Source: Patescibacteria group bacterium (lineage in GTDB: Bacteria; Patescibacteriota; Minisyncoccia; Phycocordibacterales; PALSA-1337). From it: a stretch of 64,000 nt of DNA. The stretch is taken from positions 17,548 through 81,547 of the forward strand of contig JAGWWT010000001.1 in the NCBI GenBank assembly GCA_018970245.1. The letters are read 5' to 3'. Under the pieces are notes generated by a model that was given only the letters and a program-made list of their open reading frames with translations, had not been told where the DNA came from and did not search any database. The translations under genes and the position numbers were made by a program. Shown piece after piece: positions 58,542 to 64,000 of this stretch (position 1 is its first letter; each line of letters opens with the position of its first letter).

Positions 58542-58969
58542 GCAGAGATTAGAGATTAGAGATTAGATTAGAGAGGGAATTGGTTTTTGTGATCAGGCCC
58601 TGCAGCAGGCGATGGGCGCTGCTGATCCGATCACTGGCCTCATTGTAGTCTTTTTCTGAGATGTATGAAATATCCCTCGAAAGGATGAGCTGGTTCTCGA
58701 GCTCTGACATCGAGCCGCGAGCTTGGTAATAGAAATGCGCTTTGTCCTTGTATGTCCTGCGTCCGAAGCCCTCGGCGATATTGGACGTGATCGATACGGC
58801 TGACCTTCTCATCTGGCCTGCAAGGCCAAAGAGCTCTTCCTTCGGGAATTTCCTCGTCAAATCATACACGCCCATTACAAGGCGGTGTGAGACCTGCCAA
58901 GCCTGCAAATCTGTGAATTTGACGATGCCACCCATATATGCCCTCTAATATCTAATCTCTAATCTCTGC
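58542..58969 (-). other. Inverted-repeat-bounded cassette carrying a four-helix-bundle gene
   Basis: Perfect 19-bp IR GCAGAGATTAGAGATTAGA (58542-58560 / 58951-58969), extending to 26 bp with one mismatch. Confidence 0.8.
58549..58935 (-). CDS. Four-helix-bundle protein (23S rRNA IVP family)
   Basis: FTDL.AWQ, FP.EE.F.L..QMRRSAVSITSNIAEGFGR, ARGS..E. Confidence 0.93.
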   Translation of the reverse strand: MGGIVKFTDLQAWQVSHRLVMGVYDLTRKFPKEELFGLAGQMRRSAVSITSNIAEGFGRRTYKDKAHFYYQARGSMSELENQLILSRDISYISEKDYNEASDRISSAHRLLQGLITKTNSLSNLISNL

Positions 58970-58974
58970 CCCCC

Positions 58975-60348
58975 CTAAAATCCGCCAAAATCCGCCTTTT
59001 CCATCGAGAGGAACGTCGTCTTCTTTGAGTCGAAGAATAGCTTGGCCACGCCGGTCGGGCCGTTGCGGTGCTTCTCGATCATGATCTCAGCCTCTTCCTT
59101 GCGGCCGCCATTGTCCTGGTCGGCTTCGCGGTGTATGAACATGACCACATCGGCATCTTGCTCGATAGAGCCGGAATCGCGCAAGTCAGAGAGGCGGGGC
59201 TTGCCGCCGCGCTGCTCGACGGCGCGGGAAAGCTGGGAGAGGGCTAGGACCGGCACTTCCAATTCGCGGGCAAGGGTCTTGAGCGACCTGGATATCTCGG
59301 TTACCTGCTGCACTAGGTTGTCATTGCCGCGCGTCTGTGTAGGGATCATGAGCTGGAGATAGTCGACGATGATGAGTCCGAGGCCCTTCTCGTTCTTGAG
59401 GCGGCGGGCGACAGCGCGCATCTTGATTATGTTGTTCCCGGGCTGGTCATCTATGAAGATGGGCGCTTCAGAGAGCTTGGATATGGCGTCGCCGATCGCC
59501 CGGAAGTCCTCCTGCACGGAAAGATTGTGGCCGGTGCGGATCTTCCAGGCGTCGACCTGGGATTCGGCTGAGAGCATGCGATCGACGAGCTGCTGGGAGC
59601 TCATCTCTAGCGAGAATATGGCGACCGGGACCTTGAAATTGACAGCGGCCTTGCGGGCTATGTCCAGGGCGAGCGAGGTCTTTCCCATGGACGGCCTGGC
59701 GGCGAGGATGATCAGGTCGGATTTCTGGAAGCCGGCCAGCTTGTTGTCCAATTCCGGGAAGCCGGTGTGGACGCCTCGGATCTCGCCGCTGGTCTTGTGG
59801 AGATGGTCCAAGCGCTCCCAGGCCTCGTTTAGCGTGTCCTTGAGGGCCACGAATTTGTGCGAGCCGGTCTTGTTCGTCACGGCATAGAGCGAGCGCTCGG
59901 CTTTTTCGAGGATCTCGTGGAGCTCCGCGTCCTCCTCATAGCCCAGGGCGGTGATATTCTCGGCAGCGCGCAGAAGCTCGCGCATCACATGCTTCTTTTC
60001 GACTATCTCGGCGTAATTGGAAGCGTTGGTCGATGAGGGGACGAGGTTTATGAACTCTGTCAGCGCCGACATGCCGCCGACCTGCTCCAGCTCGCCCTTT
60101 TCCTTGAGCCTGGCTGAGACGGTCAGGACGTCGATCGGGGAGTTCTTGGTATGGAGCTCGAAGAGCGCCTCCCAGATCATCCTGTGCGCGGTGGAGTAGA
60201 ACGACTGCGACGAGACGATGTCGACGATGTCGTGCATCACCTCGCCGCGGATCATGACCGACCCGAGAAGGGCCTTCTCAGCTTCGATCGAATTCGGAGG
60301 GATCTTCAGGTCCTTGGTCTTGAAATAGGGAGAAGGGTTGTTGTTCAC
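58975..60348 (-). CDS. dnaB: Replicative DNA helicase DnaB (GTG start)
   Basis: PP.S.EAE, AARPSMGKT, FSLEM, VDYLQL, LSQLSR, DLRDSGSIEQDAD, KHRNGPTG. Confidence 0.98.
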   Translation of the reverse strand: MNNNPSPYFKTKDLKIPPNSIEAEKALLGSVMIRGEVMHDIVDIVSSQSFYSTAHRMIWEALFELHTKNSPIDVLTVSARLKEKGELEQVGGMSALTEFINLVPSSTNASNYAEIVEKKHVMRELLRAAENITALGYEEDAELHEILEKAERSLYAVTNKTGSHKFVALKDTLNEAWERLDHLHKTSGEIRGVHTGFPELDNKLAGFQKSDLIILAARPSMGKTSLALDIARKAAVNFKVPVAIFSLEMSSQQLVDRMLSAESQVDAWKIRTGHNLSVQEDFRAIGDAISKLSEAPIFIDDQPGNNIIKMRAVARRLKNEKGLGLIIVDYLQLMIPTQTRGNDNLVQQVTEISRSLKTLARELEVPVLALSQLSRAVEQRGGKPRLSDLRDSGSIEQDADVVMFIHREADQDNGGRKEEAEIMIEKHRNGPTGVAKLFFDSKKTTFLSMEKADFGGF

Positions 60349-60550
60349 GTTGCTGCCATTGTATCACGCTCGCTGCGGGACAGTTACAAGCCCGATCGGG
60401 TGGAAAAGTTGTGCATAGCGCCGGGTCGGATAGTCTTGACATCGGTGGTATAATGGACCAAGTCCGCCAATAGCTCGTAGATACCCCAGTGATCGTAGAT
60501 GCCAGTTTCCGTTCGTCTATTATAAAAATGTTCCATCAGCTTCATTAAAT

Positions 60551-60880
60551 ATGTCAAATGCAGCCAAAACAGGGATAGCCATAGTCATAATCATAATAAT
60601 CATCATCATCGGTTGGATCTGGTATAACAATTCGCAGTCGATCCCGCAGCCGACAGCCACGCCGACTACCCAGCCTGCGACTGCCTCGACCTCGACGCAG
60701 AGTCAGAGCCAGAGCCCGAATCTGAGCGGCACGGGCATGACCGCGCCATCGGATACCTCGACCGCATCGCTCCAGCAGGACATGAGCGCGGTAGACTCGC
60801 AGATGAGCGGCCTCAATACCGATTCGGCCAATGTCGATTCTGGCCTGTCATCAGGCACCGCGGTGCCCGTCCAGCAGTGA
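60551..60880 (+). CDS. Hypothetical membrane-anchored Ser/Thr/Gln-rich protein
   Basis: Poly-Ile TM helix and low-complexity tail. Confidence 0.7.
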   Translation: MSNAAKTGIAIVIIIIIIIIGWIWYNNSQSIPQPTATPTTQPATASTSTQSQSQSPNLSGTGMTAPSDTSTASLQQDMSAVDSQMSGLNTDSANVDSGLSSGTAVPVQQ

Positions 60881-60908
60881 TTATAAGAGCCAAATGCCAA
60901 TCAACATC

Positions 60909-61712
60909 ATGAGAACAAAGATCATATCCGCCGTCGCTATGGCCGCCATAGCATCTGCCTTTTCTATCGCGCCGGTATTCGCCCAGGCTCCAGCCGCCAG
61001 GAAGAACACCTCTGGAGTCACTGAGGCGCAGCGCATGGCTGTCCTCGGTGCCCACGGAGACAAGGAGATAGACGTCCGAGTCCAGAGCCTGAACAAGCTC
61101 ATCGCGCGCATACAGGGGCTGCGCAACATATCAGACGCCCAGAAGTCATCGATCGAGAATACGCTCCAGTCCATCGTCACCAATCTCCAGACGCTCAAGA
61201 CACAGGTCGACGCCGCCACGTCCACAGCCGATCTCAGGTCCGACGACAAGGCTGTCATTGATAACTATCGCGTCTACGCCTTGGTCATGCCGCAGCTCAA
61301 CATCATCGCCGCATCTGACAGGATAGTCACGATATCGCAGATGCTAGGATCGGTATCCCAGAAGCTCCAATCCAGGCTCTCAAGCGCCTCGGCGATCTCT
61401 AACCTTTCAGCTCTGCAGTCCGATTTGTCTGACATAGCCGCCAAAGCAGCAGATGCGGCTTCCCAGGCCCAGGCTGCCGTCTCTGAAGTCTCTGCTCTGG
61501 TGCCGGATCAGGGCGACAAGACCAAGATGGCCTCCAATACCGCTGCTCTCAAAGACGCCCGCTCCAAGATCAGGGCCGCCCAGCAGGACCTCGTCGCCGC
61601 CAGGAAGGATGCTGAAGCCATCATCCAGGCGCTGGTCAAATGGGACAAATCCGTCATGAGCTCGTCTGCGGCAGCAAGCTCGACCGAAGCCGCTAGCTCT
61701 TCGCAGCAATAG
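60909..61712 (+). CDS. Secreted helical hypothetical protein
   Basis: Signal peptide (A.VFA), EID.R...L and YRVYALV.P motifs. Confidence 0.75.
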   Translation: MRTKIISAVAMAAIASAFSIAPVFAQAPAARKNTSGVTEAQRMAVLGAHGDKEIDVRVQSLNKLIARIQGLRNISDAQKSSIENTLQSIVTNLQTLKTQVDAATSTADLRSDDKAVIDNYRVYALVMPQLNIIAASDRIVTISQMLGSVSQKLQSRLSSASAISNLSALQSDLSDIAAKAADAASQAQAAVSEVSALVPDQGDKTKMASNTAALKDARSKIRAAQQDLVAARKDAEAIIQALVKWDKSVMSSSAAASSTEAASSSQQ

Positions 61713-61770
61713 GCCGCTAAGGGATGAGGACGCAGACGATCGTCCAAACGCCTCAGTGAAAAAGACCGCC

Positions 61771-62538
61771 CTAGAGGGCGGTCTTTGCGTCTTTGGGGTC
61801 GACTGCTTTGCTCGCGGTCTCGACGGATGAGCCGTCGTATTCAGGACGGTTCGAAGCGTTAAAGACCGCTCCCCAAAAGCCTAGGAAATAAGGCTTGATG
61901 GTAGCCATGATGCCTTGGCGCATGAAGCGCCTCGCCGAAGTCGGCAGGATGAGCTTCCTATCGAAAACCAGGTGGCCGAGCCTCGACATCTTCTTGGCGA
62001 TATCCGTGTCGTCGCCGTAGAAGACGATGCTCGTATCGAATCCGCCGATCTTTTCCATAGCCGAAGCGCGCATGAAGCTGTTGCCGCCGATCATCACGCC
62101 GTTGCCGCCCAGCCACTGGAGGACATTGCTTGAGAGCCAATATACGTCCTGCTGGATCACATCTGTTATGAATTGGAAAAGAGGAGAGTAATCGAAATAT
62201 TCATAGGGCCCAGAGACGGCCGTCACGCGCGGGTCGGCGAAATGGCTGGCGCCTCGGGACAGCCAATCGGTCCGCGGGATGCAGTCGGCATCCATGCGGA
62301 CGATGATGTCTCCTTTGGCTTCGCGCCGGCCGCGTTCACAGGCCCACATAGTGCCCATATGGTCTTCGCGGAGGACCTTCACGCCTGGAAAGCTGGAAGC
62401 GATCTTCGATGTCTGGTCGGTGCTGCCGTTGTCGACGACGATAACCTCGTAATCAGGGTGATCCTGCTTGAGGATGGCCTCAAGCGCCGCAGCGATGCGC
62501 TTCTCCTCATTCCTGGCCGGTATTATCACTGATATCAT
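61771..62538 (-). CDS. Glycosyltransferase family 2
   Basis: SVIIPARNEE, VVDNGSTD, DAD, GDD, TSARR. Confidence 0.93.
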   Translation of the reverse strand: MISVIIPARNEEKRIAAALEAILKQDHPDYEVIVVDNGSTDQTSKIASSFPGVKVLREDHMGTMWACERGRREAKGDIIVRMDADCIPRTDWLSRGASHFADPRVTAVSGPYEYFDYSPLFQFITDVIQQDVYWLSSNVLQWLGGNGVMIGGNSFMRASAMEKIGGFDTSIVFYGDDTDIAKKMSRLGHLVFDRKLILPTSARRFMRQGIMATIKPYFLGFWGAVFNASNRPEYDGSSVETASKAVDPKDAKTAL

Positions 62539-63169
62539 TTTGGCTGTCGCCGTTGCCGTTCCCGGCGACGTTATGCGTCATGACATAGTCTCTCACGAAC
62601 TTCCCGAAGCCGACGACCAGGAACAAGACTATGATAGACAATGATACCAGAGAAACGCGGGCCAGTATATTGTTGAAGCTGACGAACAGGTGGCCGAAAA
62701 GGTAGCCTAGAGCTAGCAGCCCGGCGGTCCAGATGAATTGGCCCATGATGTTCAGTGTCAGGTATTTCCTGAATGGGATCTTGGAGAGGCCAGCGGTGAA
62801 GAGCGTGACTATGGCGAAGCCGAATCCCGTGGTCAGCTTGGATATGACGAGTATGGAGGTCGAGTGGCGCCTGAATATGCGCGAGACGACGTTGATGTCC
62901 TTCTCGTGGATGGAAAAATACCGGCCGAACCTCTGCACGAACCTATGGCCGAAGCGGTGGCCCATATAATACCAGAAGCAGTCGCCGAGGAGGTCGCCTG
63001 CCATGAGGGACAGATAAAGCGGCACTATGTGGAAGAAGCCGAGGCGATAGAGTATGCCGCATGCCATGGCGAGGATCGGGCCTTCGACATAGCCGATGAT
63101 CACAATGGCTCCGTAGACGAGGATGGGGTAATTGGTGACAAGGTATGTGAGGGTGTGCTGGAGGTCCAT
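62507..63169 (-). CDS. DedA/VTT family membrane protein
   Basis: G.LLGD..WY..G, AG...I.F.KY. Confidence 0.88.
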   Translation of the reverse strand: MDLQHTLTYLVTNYPILVYGAIVIIGYVEGPILAMACGILYRLGFFHIVPLYLSLMAGDLLGDCFWYYMGHRFGHRFVQRFGRYFSIHEKDINVVSRIFRRHSTSILVISKLTTGFGFAIVTLFTAGLSKIPFRKYLTLNIMGQFIWTAGLLALGYLFGHLFVSFNNILARVSLVSLSIIVLFLVVGFGKFVRDYVMTHNVAGNGNGDSQNDISDNTGQE

Positions 63170-63204
63170 GTGATTGGGATATTATAACGTGCTATATTGT
63201 CTTC

Positions 63205-64000
63205 GTGCTATACAAGAATATCCTCAAGCCGCTCATGTTCAGGCTCGATCCGGAATACGTCCACGACAGGATGACCAGGAATGGCGTCATGCTAGGCGAT
63301 CATTCGGTCACCAGAGCGGCCATCGAAGCGCTATACGGATATCATGGGCCGGACATATCTAGGACTGTCGACGGGATCAAGTACAGGACGCCATTCCTGC
63401 TCTCAGCCGGATTCGACTATAACGGCCAGCTTTCCCGCATCTTGCCCCATATCGGCCTCGGCGGCGAGGAGATCGGCTCGGTCACGGCCAGGCCGTGCCC
63501 CGGCAATCCTAAGCCTCGATTGACGCGATTGCCCAAGAATAGGAGCATCATAGTCAACAAGGGCTTGCGCAACGAAGGCGTGGACAAGATCATTGCGCGG
63601 CTGAAGTCTACGCCCAGGGAATCAGTGGCCGGGACCGGCTTCGTGACTGGCATCTCCATCGCGCGCACGAATGATGCGCTCTCGGTACCGATCGATAAAG
63701 GCATCGATGATTACTGCTATTCATTCGAGCGCCTCAACAGAGCGGATGTCGGCGACTACTATACGATCAATATCTCATGCCCTAACGCCTTCGGCGCAGA
63801 GGCTTTCAATGACCCGAAGCTTCTCCCGCAGCTCCTCGGCGCGCTGAAGGCGATCCCGACCAAGAAGCCTGTTTACGTGAAGATGCCGATCAATATCCCT
63901 TGGGTGCAGTTCGAATCTCTGCTCAAGACGATCGATCGATTCGGCCTGGATGGAGTCGTCATAGGCAATTTGAACAAGGACTACGATTCTCTGGAGATCA
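63205..64000 (+). CDS. pyrD: Dihydroorotate dehydrogenase (class 2-like; runs off the window)
   Basis: Manual translation from GTG: LYKNILKPLMFRLDPEYVHD...SAGFDYNG...EIGSVT..P..GNPKPRL.RL...VNKGLRNEG...NISCPN...VK. Confidence 0.9.
   Translation, partial: MLYKNILKPLMFRLDPEYVHDRMTRNGVMLGDHSVTRAAIEALYGYHGPDISRTVDGIKYRTPFLLSAGFDYNGQLSRILPHIGLGGEEIGSVTARPCPGNPKPRLTRLPKNRSIIVNKGLRNEGVDKIIARLKSTPRESVAGTGFVTGISIARTNDALSVPIDKGIDDYCYSFERLNRADVGDYYTINISCPNAFGAEAFNDPKLLPQLLGALKAIPTKKPVYVKMPINIPWVQFESLLKTIDRFGLDGVVIGNLNKDYDSLEI

Noticed and set aside
42576-58935. Diversity-generating retroelement, since the IVP fold resembles Avd
   Set aside because: No reverse transcriptase and no template/variable repeat pair with adenine-specific differences was seen in the window.

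Overview
A 64-kb chromosomal segment from a Patescibacteria (CPR) bacterium, most likely Parcubacteria/OD1. This is inferred from the VirB2-like pilin array, hinge-less SMC, short ValS and MurF, NusB-Nudix fusion and leaderless housekeeping genes. It uses genetic code 11. The core genes are ftsZ/ftsA, ybeY, lepB, pth, rpsA, gyrA, rpmF-nusB-rnc-smc, mreBC-mrdA, greA-lysS, mraZ-rsmH-ftsL-ftsI-murF, valS, rmuC, lexA-dinB, rplU, recR, dnaB, pyrD and three tRNAs (Leu-TAG, Lys-CTT, Glu-CTC). Small accessory genes with their own promoters and terminators are interspersed. Main unexplained structures: (1) two paralogous four-helix-bundle (23S-IVP family) genes inserted in essential operons, each enclosed by a long inverted repeat built from heptamer units. 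The same heptamer families also occur as an empty hairpin, as lone intergenic tracts, and translated in frame inside valS and rsmH. (2) An ungapped 103-bp element in three intergenic copies. (3) DnaA boxes placed about 30 bp upstream of several -10 elements. (4) A hairpin downstream of tRNA-Glu that can sequester its T-arm. (5) A hicA toxin gene with an in-frame TGA. All calls come from reading the sequence by eye; no database searches were run.
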